Shown: positions 47,526 to 57,074 of the stretch, piece after piece
Layout of the letters: each line of letters starts with the position of its first letter
Numbering within the stretch: the stretch's first letter is position 1
The notes under the pieces: generated by a model
The model's database searches: none
Told to the model about the DNA's origin: nothing
The model's input: only the letters and a program-made list of their open reading frames with translations
Program-made: the position numbers and the translations under genes
Origin: an uncultured Gammaproteobacteria bacterium
GTDB lineage: Bacteria; Patescibacteriota; Microgenomatia; Levybacterales; UBA12049
Assembly: GCA_964521295.1 (NCBI GenBank)
Contig: CAZFRF010000001.1
Span: 140,675 to 204,674, forward strand
DNA length: 64,000 nucleotides
Direction: 5' to 3'

Positions 47526-47990
47526 ATGCCACATATTCACGAGAAGATTGATTTTACTGTTGAAGTATTCGTTGTATATAGAAATACAGTACTTTTAAGA
47601 AAACATGACAAATATAAAGTTTGGCTGAGTGTTGGAGGTCATATAGAGCTTGACGAAGACCCAAATCAAGCAGCTATCAGGGAAGTAAAAGAAGAAGTCG
47701 GTTTGGACGCCGTTCTAGATGATTCCTTGCAGACATTTAAGAAAAATGATGCGGATTATCAAGAGTTAATTCCACCTTATTTTGTTAATAGTCATAGAAT
47801 AAATGATACTCACGAGCATGTAACTTTTACCTATTTTGCGACAGCACAATCAAATAAAATTGAGCAATTAACAGAAGATGAACAAAGCACTGATTGCAAA
47901 TGGTTTACAAAAGAAGAGATAGAACATTTAGATGATATTCGAGAAAGTGTCAAGCATTATGCCCTTAAAGCATTAAGTGTGTTAGCTTAA
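47526..47990 (+). CDS. NUDIX hydrolase
   Basis: GGHIELDEDPNQAAIREVKEEVG; start at ATG 47526 after TATAAT. Confidence 0.9.
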   Translation: MPHIHEKIDFTVEVFVVYRNTVLLRKHDKYKVWLSVGGHIELDEDPNQAAIREVKEEVGLDAVLDDSLQTFKKNDADYQELIPPYFVNSHRINDTHEHVTFTYFATAQSNKIEQLTEDEQSTDCKWFTKEEIEHLDDIRESVKHYALKALSVLA

Positions 47991-48152
47991 TACTTGAAAA
48001 GAATATTTATAAAAATCTATTTCCTTCTGAGAAATTGTACTATAATAGGTTCGGATAAGATGCGGTAGGCCACCCATTAGAAATTCGCTTCGTTAAATAT
48101 ACCAAGCTATAATTAATCATTACTGCCTTCGAACCTTTGATATAATCTTGCT

Positions 48153-48683
48153 ATGACTGACGAACCAATCCATTTAGTTCCATATGATTTAAATTGGGCT
48201 GTAAAGTTTGAGAAAGAAAAGAAATTTCTTAAGCAAATAATTGGTGATTACATAGTGGGAGAAATAAATCATATCGGAAGCACTTCAGTTCCCGGATTAT
48301 TAGCAAAACCAATAATTGATATTATGGTTGGCGTCGAAAGTTTAGAAGCATCACGCCCCGCAATTGAAATATTAGAAAAAAACGGATATTGTTACTATCC
48401 TTATAAAAGAAAATACATGCATTGGTTTTGCAAGCCATCACCGGAACATCGAACTCATCATCTCCATTTGGTACCTATTAATCATCCTGAATATAAAGCT
48501 AAAATTGCATTTCGTGATTTTCTAAGAGAAAATCCAAAAGCAAGGCAAGAATATGTAGCTTTGAAAATTAAAAATGCTAAAGAGTTTAGAAATGACAGAG
48601 AAGCTTATACTGAATCAAAAACTGAATTTGTAAAATCATCTGTTAAGAAAAGATTAGGCAAAGGTTTTAAATTTGAAGAATAG
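48153..48683 (+). CDS. GrpB/UPF0157-family protein
   Basis: HIGSTSVPGLLAKPIIDI, HLH, FRDFLR, Y...K. Confidence 0.9.
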   Translation: MTDEPIHLVPYDLNWAVKFEKEKKFLKQIIGDYIVGEINHIGSTSVPGLLAKPIIDIMVGVESLEASRPAIEILEKNGYCYYPYKRKYMHWFCKPSPEHRTHHLHLVPINHPEYKAKIAFRDFLRENPKARQEYVALKIKNAKEFRNDREAYTESKTEFVKSSVKKRLGKGFKFEE

Positions 48684-48728
48684 ACAATAATTCCTAAATT
48701 GTTCTAAATTTTTTCGGATTAGAGCTTT

Positions 48729-49529
48729 TTATGAGTTTTTTCTGAGAATAAGCGTAAATACAAAAATAGCAATAGCTATAAGTACTATCGTTCCCCCGGT
48801 TGAAAGATTCATGTAAAAAGAAAGAATTATACCTGATATAACTGAGGATAAAGAGATTACTTCAGCAAGTAAAATTGTCTTTTTGAAGCTCTTCCCAAAC
48901 TGCAAGGCTGTTACTACTGGGATAACTATGAGAGCTGCTATGAGCAAGACCCCCACTATTGGAATAGAAAGTGCAACTGTAAAAGCAGCTAGAATAATTA
49001 ATAAGATATTTATTGTTTTTGTTGGAATTCCACTGACTTGAGCAGATTCTTCATCCACAGTTACATATACAAGCTCCTTGTAAAGCGCTACAACGGCTGC
49101 TATAACAATCAATCCAAGAATTCCGATTATATATACATCGAGTTGCTTGACAGTAGTAATACTCCCAAAAAGATAGCTGAAAAGATCAGTTCCGAAACCA
49201 TGAGCAAGGCTGATTAGAACTATAGCAACTGCAAGGCTTCCTGATAAGAAGATTGATAAGGCGGATTCACCATAAATTCGTTTGCTTATCCTGAGCTTTT
49301 CTATTGCAATAGAAGATAAAACAGAAGCTATTATGGCTGTTATTAAAGGATTAACCTTGAAAAGCAATCCGATAGCAACACCTGCAAGAGAGACGTGAGA
49401 CAGGGTATCAGCGATTAGGGAATATCTGCGCAAAACGAGAAATATACCAATTAGTGGAGCAATAATAGCAATAATTATTCCAGCTTCAAAAGCGCGGATC
49501 ATAAAGCTATATTGGAGAATAGAAAGCAT
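48729..49529 (-). CDS. znuB: Zn/Mn ABC transporter permease
   Basis: DTLSHVSLAG, YLFGSI. Confidence 0.88.
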   Translation of the reverse strand: MLSILQYSFMIRAFEAGIIIAIIAPLIGIFLVLRRYSLIADTLSHVSLAGVAIGLLFKVNPLITAIIASVLSSIAIEKLRISKRIYGESALSIFLSGSLAVAIVLISLAHGFGTDLFSYLFGSITTVKQLDVYIIGILGLIVIAAVVALYKELVYVTVDEESAQVSGIPTKTINILLIILAAFTVALSIPIVGVLLIAALIVIPVVTALQFGKSFKKTILLAEVISLSSVISGIILSFYMNLSTGGTIVLIAIAIFVFTLILRKNS

Positions 49530-50278
49530 TAGTGATGCATCTCTCCTTTCCCTATAAGTTCATGAAAGTATTCCCCTTTTAAGAATTCCTCTGGTTCCCC
49601 ATAATATTCCAGTGTTCTATTGATATATCCAAGCTCAGTTGCTTCATGCGCAACAACATCAAGCTCGTGAGTTACGAGAACTAGGGTAAGATCTAGCTCT
49701 TTATTTAGTTTTCTCAGAAGTGCATAGAACTGTTTTTGCGTTTTTACATCAACGCCTACAGTTGGTTCATCCAGAAAAATAATTTCGGGTTCACAAGCAA
49801 GAGCTCTGGCAATAAAAACTCGTTGCTGTTGTCCTCCAGATAAATCCTTTATTTGTCTGTTTTTATATTCAGTCATATCAACCTGTTTTAAAGCCTGAAG
49901 AGTTTTTTCCCTATCTTCTTTATTTGGAAAACGAAACAGTCCCCGCTTACCATATCTTCCCATAGCAACCGTTTCTTCGACGGTTATTGGATAATTAACG
50001 TCAATATAGGTTCTCTGAGGAACATAGCCAATTTTTGACCAGTCTTTGAAGCTTTTAATATTAGTTCCAAATAATTTTATTTCCCCGTCTTTTGGCTGAA
50101 GTAGCCCGAGCATTAACTTAAGAAGCGTTGTCTTTCCTCCTCCATTTGGTCCGACAAATCCGACATAGTCACCTTTATGAATTTCTAAAGATACATCTTT
50201 TATAACCTCTTCTGATGTATAGGAGAAACAAACTCTATCGAGTTCGATTATTGGCGTAGAATGAGTTACTGGCTGCAT
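49529..50278 (-). CDS. znuC: Zn/Mn ABC transporter ATPase
   Basis: GPNGGGKT, GYVPQ, LSGGQQQR, LDEP. Confidence 0.88.
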   Translation of the reverse strand: MQPVTHSTPIIELDRVCFSYTSEEVIKDVSLEIHKGDYVGFVGPNGGGKTTLLKLMLGLLQPKDGEIKLFGTNIKSFKDWSKIGYVPQRTYIDVNYPITVEETVAMGRYGKRGLFRFPNKEDREKTLQALKQVDMTEYKNRQIKDLSGGQQQRVFIARALACEPEIIFLDEPTVGVDVKTQKQFYALLRKLNKELDLTLVLVTHELDVVAHEATELGYINRTLEYYGEPEEFLKGEYFHELIGKGEMHH

Positions 50279-51201
50279 TGTAAAGCTATTTGCAAGTTTT
50301 TTAAATTATCTTCCATTACAGTGAAATAATTTTTTCCTTGCTTTAATTCATCATCTGATATTCCTTCGATTGGATCAAGTACCATTGTTTTGGCACCAAC
50401 CTCATATGCTATTGTTTCAGATAATTTTGGGCTCACAAGACTTTCAAAGAATATATATTTAACATTATTTTGTTTTGCAAATTTTGCTACTTCTGCTAGT
50501 TGTTGCGCTGATGGTTCTTCATCTGGAGAAATTCCAGAAATTGGAACTTGCCTTAATCCGTATTGTTCTGCAAGATATGCAAATGCAGCGTGAGAGGTAA
50601 TAATATCTTTAGTGAGACAGCTAGAAAGACCTTGTCTATATTTGCTATCTAGCTCATCAAGCTTTGCAAATAGCTTACTTTCATTAGCTTTGTAATATGT
50701 TGTATTAGCAGGATCAAGAGCGATATATCCTTGGGTTATTTTTTCAGCCTCTTTTTTAGCAAGTTGTGGGTTAAGCCAAATATGAGGGTCTTGCATTTTT
50801 TCCCCTTCCTCTTCTAGCTCTTTATTTAAAAGTCCTTCTCCTGCTATAACAATTTTGACTTTTGTTCCTTTGAGATTATCTTTTATTTTGTCACCCCAAG
50901 CTTCAACTCCTCCATTAAGAACAAGCATATTTCCATCTTCTATCTGAGCGATATCTTGAGTAGAAGGATCATAATCATGAGGTTCAGCGCCAGCTGGGGT
51001 AATATTTCTAGTCTGAGCTTTTTCCCCACCTATTTCAGACGAAAAAAAGTAAAGTGGATAGAATGAAGCACTTACTTTGATGCGGTTATTTTGCATATTA
51101 CTAATTGAGTTCTTAAATATGCCTGTATTCAATAAATAGCCAAGAATTGCTATAAGCAATATTCCGGCGATGAAATAAATCCATTTATTTTTCATATTCA
51201 T
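50266..51201 (-). CDS. znuA: Zn ABC transporter substrate-binding protein
   Basis: EPHDYDP, DPHIWL, SHAAFAY. Confidence 0.88.
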   Translation of the reverse strand: MNMKNKWIYFIAGILLIAILGYLLNTGIFKNSISNMQNNRIKVSASFYPLYFFSSEIGGEKAQTRNITPAGAEPHDYDPSTQDIAQIEDGNMLVLNGGVEAWGDKIKDNLKGTKVKIVIAGEGLLNKELEEEGEKMQDPHIWLNPQLAKKEAEKITQGYIALDPANTTYYKANESKLFAKLDELDSKYRQGLSSCLTKDIITSHAAFAYLAEQYGLRQVPISGISPDEEPSAQQLAEVAKFAKQNNVKYIFFESLVSPKLSETIAYEVGAKTMVLDPIEGISDDELKQGKNYFTVMEDNLKNLQIALQCSQ

Positions 51202-51292
51202 ATGAATTATATATCCTAAATAATCCCAGACATATATTTGTAATTGTCATTACACTAATTAGTCTTGATGCAAATTTTTAGGTGAGCTTAGT

Positions 51293-51313
51293 ATATGCAA
51301 ATTAGTTGCATAT
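51293..51313. promoter_or_regulatory. Inverted-repeat operator (Zur/Fur-like) in znuA promoter
   Basis: ATATGCAA-N5-TTGCATAT spanning the spacer of TTGACA(51318-51313)-17-TATACT(51295-51290). Confidence 0.75.
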
Positions 51314-51378
51314 GTCAATCAGTGTCTAGATAGAATTAAGACCGCATAATCTTATTTTTTTCTTGATATAATTACTAT

Positions 51379-51921
51379 GTGATTAAATTTCAATCAAAGC
51401 TTTATAAAATAAAAGATTGGACAATCTTAAGACTCCCCGAAGATGCATCCAGTAAGCTCCCTACTCGAGGTATGATTATGGTTACAGGAAGTTTAAATAA
51501 TATCCCATTTAAAACTTTACTTGAACCAGATGGAAAATATGGAAATGACTTAAGGCCTAGTCATTGGTTTAAGCCTGATGAAAAGTTACTTAGCGAGGCC
51601 AAAGTTGCCGCAGGAGACATAGTAGAAGTTTTACTAGAACCAACTAAAGATTGGATAGAGCCGGAAGTACCAAAGGATGTCCAAGCAGCGCTTTCTTCTT
51701 CTGCAAAAGCTCAAGATCTTTGGAATGATATTACTCCCCTTGCAAGATGGGATTGGATTCGTTGGATTAGAGCTGTCAAAACTCCTGAAACGCGTCAGAA
51801 GCACTTAATAGTTATGCTTGATAAACTAAATAAAGGAATGAGAAGACCTTGTTGTTTTAATCGCAATCTGTGTAGTGAGCCATATGTTTCCCATAATTGG
51901 GCATTGATTTCAACGAGTTAA
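51379..51921 (+). CDS. DUF1905/YdeI-OmdA-family protein
   Basis: LPTRG, HWF, VPKD, W..WI...K..ETR, RPCCF. Confidence 0.8.
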   Translation: MIKFQSKLYKIKDWTILRLPEDASSKLPTRGMIMVTGSLNNIPFKTLLEPDGKYGNDLRPSHWFKPDEKLLSEAKVAAGDIVEVLLEPTKDWIEPEVPKDVQAALSSSAKAQDLWNDITPLARWDWIRWIRAVKTPETRQKHLIVMLDKLNKGMRRPCCFNRNLCSEPYVSHNWALISTS

Positions 51922-51925
51922 TTAT

Positions 51926-53161
51926 ATGAATAATTTATTATCAATTAAGAGAATTTATTTATTGCTAATTTTAGGGAACACTCTAGCCGCTTCTTTTATT
52001 TGGGGAATTAATACCATTTTTTTATTAAATGCAGGGCTTAGTAATTTTCAAGCGTTTTTAGCAAATGCATTTTTTTCATTAGGACAAGTTTTATTTGAAA
52101 TTCCTACAGGTGTTGTTGCGGATATGTTTGGTAGAAGAATTTCCTATATGTTAGGTAGTGTTACTTTGGCAGTGTCAACGCTTTTGTATTTATGGATGTG
52201 GCAGATTCATGGTCCTTTTTGGGCTTGGGCTCTTTCCTCTATGTTGCTTGGTTTGGGATTTACGTTTTTCTCGGGAGCACTAGAAGCGTGGTTAGTAGAT
52301 GCCTTAAAAGCTACGAAGTATAAAGGCAGCTTAGAGGATGTATTTGCTGATGGTCAAGTTGTCGGAGGAGCAGCGATGTTAGTTGGATCTTTTGCAGGAG
52401 GTATTATTGCTCAATTTACAAATCTTGGAGTTCCTTATATTTTAAGAGCAGCAGTTTTAATTCTTAACTTTTTGACTGCATTTTGGTTAATGAAAGATTT
52501 AGGGTTTAAGGAGAAAAAAACTAGTCAATTGTCATATGAGATTAAGGGAATTTTTCTTAACTCAATAGAAAATGGATTTAAAAATCCACCTGTGCGTTGG
52601 ATGATGATCACTTCCCCATTAATTAGTGGAGTTAGTTTTTATGTATTCTATGCACTCCAACCTTTTTTACTAAAACTGTATGGAGATGAAAAAGCTTATG
52701 CAATTGCAGGTTTAGTTGCGATGCTTGCTGCTTTAGCACAAATTTGTGGTGGTATCTTTGCTCTAAAAATTAGAAGCTTTTTTGCAAAAAGAACAACCGC
52801 TATGTTTACTGGTATTTTAATTGCTTCAGTCTTGCTTATCCTGGTCTCTATCTCTGCTAATTTCTGGGTAGCTCTTATCTTAATTTTTCTTTGGGGTCTT
52901 ATTTTTGCAGCCATTTCACCAATTAGACAGGCATATATTAATGCAATAATTCCTTCTGAGCAAAGAGCAACAATTTTGTCATTTGATTCTTTAATGGGTT
53001 CTTTGGGTGGAGTTGTAATTCAACCAACTCTTGGAAAAGTTGCAGATATTTCAGGATATGCTGGCTCATATTTTGTTTCTGCTATTTTCCAAGCCTTGGC
53101 ACTTCCTTTTATCTTTTTATCAAAAAGGACAAATGCTAAAGCCGATAAGATAGAAAAATAG
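51926..53161 (+). CDS. MFS transporter
   Basis: EIPTGVVADMFGRR motif A; about 12 TM. Confidence 0.9.
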   Translation: MNNLLSIKRIYLLLILGNTLAASFIWGINTIFLLNAGLSNFQAFLANAFFSLGQVLFEIPTGVVADMFGRRISYMLGSVTLAVSTLLYLWMWQIHGPFWAWALSSMLLGLGFTFFSGALEAWLVDALKATKYKGSLEDVFADGQVVGGAAMLVGSFAGGIIAQFTNLGVPYILRAAVLILNFLTAFWLMKDLGFKEKKTSQLSYEIKGIFLNSIENGFKNPPVRWMMITSPLISGVSFYVFYALQPFLLKLYGDEKAYAIAGLVAMLAALAQICGGIFALKIRSFFAKRTTAMFTGILIASVLLILVSISANFWVALILIFLWGLIFAAISPIRQAYINAIIPSEQRATILSFDSLMGSLGGVVIQPTLGKVADISGYAGSYFVSAIFQALALPFIFLSKRTNAKADKIEK

Positions 53162-53217
53162 TCTTGACAATTTAAGTAATAAATTGGAAAATACGACGAT
53201 AACTGCCTCTTGAATTT

Positions 53218-54078
53218 ATGGCTCGTACAGAAGTTAAATATTTATTCCCTTTAAAATTTTGGCAACAAACTCCAGATTATGATGTGCAATATAATGCCGC
53301 TCAACAACGCTTTATGGATTTAAACGAGCAATTAGATCAAAAAGACATGATGGGAGTTGACGTTGATTTACTTGGTTTTACTGTAAACGGAGTTCCTGAA
53401 GCTTTTAAAGGTAGTGATTCCCCATGGGATGAAGTTGGAAGTTATGGAAATCCAAAGGCTGCATTAGAAACAGCACAATTTTATGGAGCAAGAGGAAGCT
53501 ACTCAGCTGAAGATCTAGAAGACTTTATAAATGGAAAAGGTGTTGTTGTAGTAGAGGAAATGCAACGCTTAGGTTTTAAGAGACCATCTCCGGAATCTGG
53601 ACGTTGGGTTAAATTGAAAAAAGGAGAGAGATATGTTGATCCTGAAGTTGCTGCTCAAAGAGATAGATTATATGGTACAGATGTCCATGAAGTTACCGGA
53701 AAAGAAGCAGATAGATTAAGAGGACTTATAGCGGTTGACAATACGGCAACTAAGCCTGGTGATACCTATTCTGTTGAGGTTGGTAGGCAAGGTTTAATTT
53801 ATGTTTCCAAAGATTGGGAAATGTTTCCGCGTCAACCTGGTGTTTGGATTTCCCAATTTTACATGCATGGTCATATAAATAGAGAGCAAGATGGTTTTAA
53901 TTTAGCAGCTAGAAACATAGTTATTCCGGGCAGTCAATCTAAAGATTTAAGTTTCGTTCATGTAACAGCCCAAACACCTGATCAAAGACAACAAGATTTC
54001 GTATGGCCTGTGAGTACATATGGATCGGTTTTATCAGATTTAGCTGTTAATTTAAGAAGAAAAGTTACGGGTAGATAA
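53218..54078 (+). CDS. Hypothetical protein
   Basis: 286-aa ORF with TTGACA upstream; no motif recognised. Confidence 0.72.
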   Translation: MARTEVKYLFPLKFWQQTPDYDVQYNAAQQRFMDLNEQLDQKDMMGVDVDLLGFTVNGVPEAFKGSDSPWDEVGSYGNPKAALETAQFYGARGSYSAEDLEDFINGKGVVVVEEMQRLGFKRPSPESGRWVKLKKGERYVDPEVAAQRDRLYGTDVHEVTGKEADRLRGLIAVDNTATKPGDTYSVEVGRQGLIYVSKDWEMFPRQPGVWISQFYMHGHINREQDGFNLAARNIVIPGSQSKDLSFVHVTAQTPDQRQQDFVWPVSTYGSVLSDLAVNLRRKVTGR

Positions 54079-54084
54079 ATTGCT

Positions 54085-55293
54085 TTATTTTTCAAAAAAC
54101 TTTCTGCCTGCTAATTTTTTGGGTAAAAAAGGTAACTTTTCTTTTGGACCAACATATTTCTCTCCCCAGGTATAATTTTTAGCATAGCCAATTGATTTCA
54201 TAAACTTAGTTGGAGCATTTCTTAAATGAAGAGGAACTGGTTCATTGGGAAATTCATAAACTGCTTCTTTAGCCTTACCTAGAGCATTAGTTGTTGCTCT
54301 CGATTTAGGAGCAAGTGCAAGATAGGTTGCAACATAAGCTAAGATTAGCTGAGCTTCTGGCATACCTACTTTATTTACAGCTTCAAAGGCTTCATCGGCT
54401 TGGATTAGTGCGCCTCTATCTGCAAGGCCAATATCTTCAACAGCAAAAATAATCATACGTCTGGCAATAAATTTAGGATCTTCTCCATTTTCAAGCATTC
54501 GAGCTAGGTAATATAAGGAAGCATCGGGATCACTTCCCCGCATCGATTTAATAAATGCAGAAATTATATTGTAGTGTTCTTCTGCCTTCTTATCATAAAG
54601 TCCCGCTGATTTTGTTTGAAATATATCTTGGATAATCTTAGAAGTTATTTTTTTATCTTTATATGAACTAGCTGCGATTTCTAAGGCATTTAACATAATT
54701 CTCGCATCTCCACCTGAGAGTCTAATTAAAAGTTCCTTAGCATTTTTATCAATAGTTTTCTTTAGACTTCCTAAGCCTTTGCTTTTATCTTTAAGCGCTC
54801 GGGTAATAATTAATTCAAGTTCTTCGGGTTCTAGTGCTTTTAATACCAATATTCTACTTCTGGATAAAAGTGCTGAAATAACTTCAAAAGATGGGTTTTC
54901 AGTTGTTGCCCCAATCAAATTAATAGTTCCATTCTCTACGTACGGAAGAAGTGAGTCTTGTTGTGATTTATTCCAGCGGTGTATCTCATCGATAAATAGA
55001 ATTGTCTTAATATTTCGTTTAAGATTTTCTTTGGCAATATCAATTATTTTATGAAGATCTGCTTTACCTGATTCAACAGCAGATAAATGATGAAAATCTG
55101 CATTAATTTCCGATGCAATTATATTTGCCAAAGTTGTTTTTCCACTTCCAGGAGGACCCCAAAAAATTAAAGAAAAAGAAAGATTAGATTTAATTATTTT
55201 TTTAACTAAAGCAGTGTCAGAAGTTAAATGTTTTTGTCCAATAAATTCAGAAAAATTAATTGGTCTTAGGGTAAAGGCTAAATTCACAAACAC
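54085..55293 (-). CDS. rarA: Replication-associated recombination protein A
   Basis: GPPGSGKT, DEIHR, GATTENP, KSMRGSDPD, VPLHLRNAPT. Confidence 0.95.
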   Translation of the reverse strand: MFVNLAFTLRPINFSEFIGQKHLTSDTALVKKIIKSNLSFSLIFWGPPGSGKTTLANIIASEINADFHHLSAVESGKADLHKIIDIAKENLKRNIKTILFIDEIHRWNKSQQDSLLPYVENGTINLIGATTENPSFEVISALLSRSRILVLKALEPEELELIITRALKDKSKGLGSLKKTIDKNAKELLIRLSGGDARIMLNALEIAASSYKDKKITSKIIQDIFQTKSAGLYDKKAEEHYNIISAFIKSMRGSDPDASLYYLARMLENGEDPKFIARRMIIFAVEDIGLADRGALIQADEAFEAVNKVGMPEAQLILAYVATYLALAPKSRATTNALGKAKEAVYEFPNEPVPLHLRNAPTKFMKSIGYAKNYTWGEKYVGPKEKLPFLPKKLAGRKFFEK

Positions 55294-55330
55294 ATTTTAA
55301 CACTTTAGATTATTATTGTATAATTCTAGC

Positions 55331-56251
55331 ATGCCAGAAGCAATTGGTGCGCCAAAAAGTTTAGATATAGAACATAAAGGTCCAGATTTAGTCGTTACTT
55401 CTTCAACTTTTTACAGAGATTGGTATCCTGGAGATTTACTTTCTTCAAAGGATGCCGATAAGGTTAGGGGTGATTTAACTTTGAGCACATTGGATCGAGT
55501 AATTCAGCGTGGATTTAAAGTAATAGATATTGATGGAGGTAGTACTCAGGATTTTTTAACTGCATTACAAACTATTGGAGCAACGGTTGTTCCTCAAAAA
55601 GAGTCTGGTATTTCTGCGGGGAAAAGAGAGGCAATTATAGAAGCGATGCGATTTGATCCTAAAGCAATATTTTTAAGTGAACCAGAAAAACCAAGCATTA
55701 TGGCGGCAACAGAAAGTTTACTTAGGCCAATAGCAGAAGAAGGTGCTGATATTGTTTTTGCTAAAAGAGACAAAAGTTCTTTTGATTCTTATCCACCTGT
55801 ACAAGCACATTTTGAGCAAAGATCAAATGATGTTGCAAATGCATTACTAAAGTCTCGCGGTCTATTGCCGAATACTCCAGATGCTGATTTGGATTGGTGG
55901 ATGGGAATGAGAATGATTAAAAATTCACCTGAAGTTACAGAATTATTTCTAACTAAATATGATATTAATCCTTTTGGCACAGGTCTAGATAATGTAATAA
56001 ACTTAGAGGCATGGTCAAATGCTTTGTATTTGCCTGTCGTTAGAGCTCTTTCGCAGGGGTTGCAAGTTGTGAGTGTTCCAGTCCATTATGAACATCCAGA
56101 AGTTATGACTCAGAGTGAAGTTGGAAGTACGCAATTTGATAGAAAAAGAGAACTACAATTTAGAGGAATAATTACCGCAATGATTGAAATGGTAAGAAAA
56201 ATTGAAGAAGAAAAGGGATCATCTAAGGCTTCACGTTTAAGAAAAATCTAA
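55331..56251 (+). CDS. GT-A-fold glycosyltransferase-like protein
   Basis: IDIDGGS, EPEK in place of DxD, ADIVFAKR; ATG 55331 after TATAAT. Confidence 0.55.
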   Translation: MPEAIGAPKSLDIEHKGPDLVVTSSTFYRDWYPGDLLSSKDADKVRGDLTLSTLDRVIQRGFKVIDIDGGSTQDFLTALQTIGATVVPQKESGISAGKREAIIEAMRFDPKAIFLSEPEKPSIMAATESLLRPIAEEGADIVFAKRDKSSFDSYPPVQAHFEQRSNDVANALLKSRGLLPNTPDADLDWWMGMRMIKNSPEVTELFLTKYDINPFGTGLDNVINLEAWSNALYLPVVRALSQGLQVVSVPVHYEHPEVMTQSEVGSTQFDRKRELQFRGIITAMIEMVRKIEEEKGSSKASRLRKI

Positions 56252-57066
56252 TTTATCTTACTAAGGTATTCCAATGTTCCTTTGTCATATTTTTGATCAG
56301 TAATGATAATTTCGAATTGGTAGTTATTTATGTCTATTTCCTTTTCTCCTGTAAAAACAAATTTAACTAAATACCCTTCTTTGCTTAAATGTTCTGCCAT
56401 AGCAAGATCTGAAAGACTATCTCCAAATGTAATAAATTTATCTTTGCTATGTCCCTTTGATTTTAGCCAAGCAAGTATTTTAGAGACACCAAAATCTTTG
56501 CCTACAAAATTATTTTCAATGTCAGTATCAATTGTTGTAGGTATGAAATTTATTTTACTTTCTTTATCTAGTTTTTCTAATATTTTTTTAATTTCAATAT
56601 CTAATAATGGATGAATTTCATTAAAATGTTTTAAAGTAATTTCTTCTTTCTTTTCTACGGTGACCATGGTTTGTTTTTCCTCGTCATAAAAAACATCGTT
56701 AGGAAACTTAGTAGCAATCATTTGCCTGACTGCATTTTTAATGTCATCGTTAATATTAATAGACTTGTCGATAAATATTTTTTCTACTCCATTAGTATCA
56801 AAAGTTAATACTACCCCACCTTTTTCGCAGACTGCAATTAAATTCTTTAAAAGACTTTTATCTTTTATTTCTTTTTCAATATTGTTAATAATTGCGTTTT
56901 TTACCCAAGATAATGGACGACCTGTGTTAAGTGCAACGGGTTCATTTTTCAAAAGTAATTGAATCAAAAACTGAAGTATTTGAGGATTTTCAATCCTATG
57001 AGTATCGATTGAAACCAGCACTCCATCTATGTCGAAAATAAAAGCTTCGTTTCCAGAAATATTCAT
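56248..57066 (-). CDS. HAD-superfamily hydrolase (IIB-like)
   Basis: FDIDGVL, NTGR, K, GDSLSD. Confidence 0.85.
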   Translation of the reverse strand: MNISGNEAFIFDIDGVLVSIDTHRIENPQILQFLIQLLLKNEPVALNTGRPLSWVKNAIINNIEKEIKDKSLLKNLIAVCEKGGVVLTFDTNGVEKIFIDKSININDDIKNAVRQMIATKFPNDVFYDEEKQTMVTVEKKEEITLKHFNEIHPLLDIEIKKILEKLDKESKINFIPTTIDTDIENNFVGKDFGVSKILAWLKSKGHSKDKFITFGDSLSDLAMAEHLSKEGYLVKFVFTGEKEIDINNYQFEIIITDQKYDKGTLEYLSKIN

Positions 57067-57074
57067 AGGATACG

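Noticed and set aside
48069-48076. CCACCCAT matching the tRNA-His 3' end (possible att site)
   Set aside because: Only 8 bp with no integrase nearby; could be chance.
55331-57066. GT-A plus HAD as a compatible-solute synthesis pair
   Set aside because: Genes are convergent and the GT lacks a clear DxD; no evidence of functional linkage.
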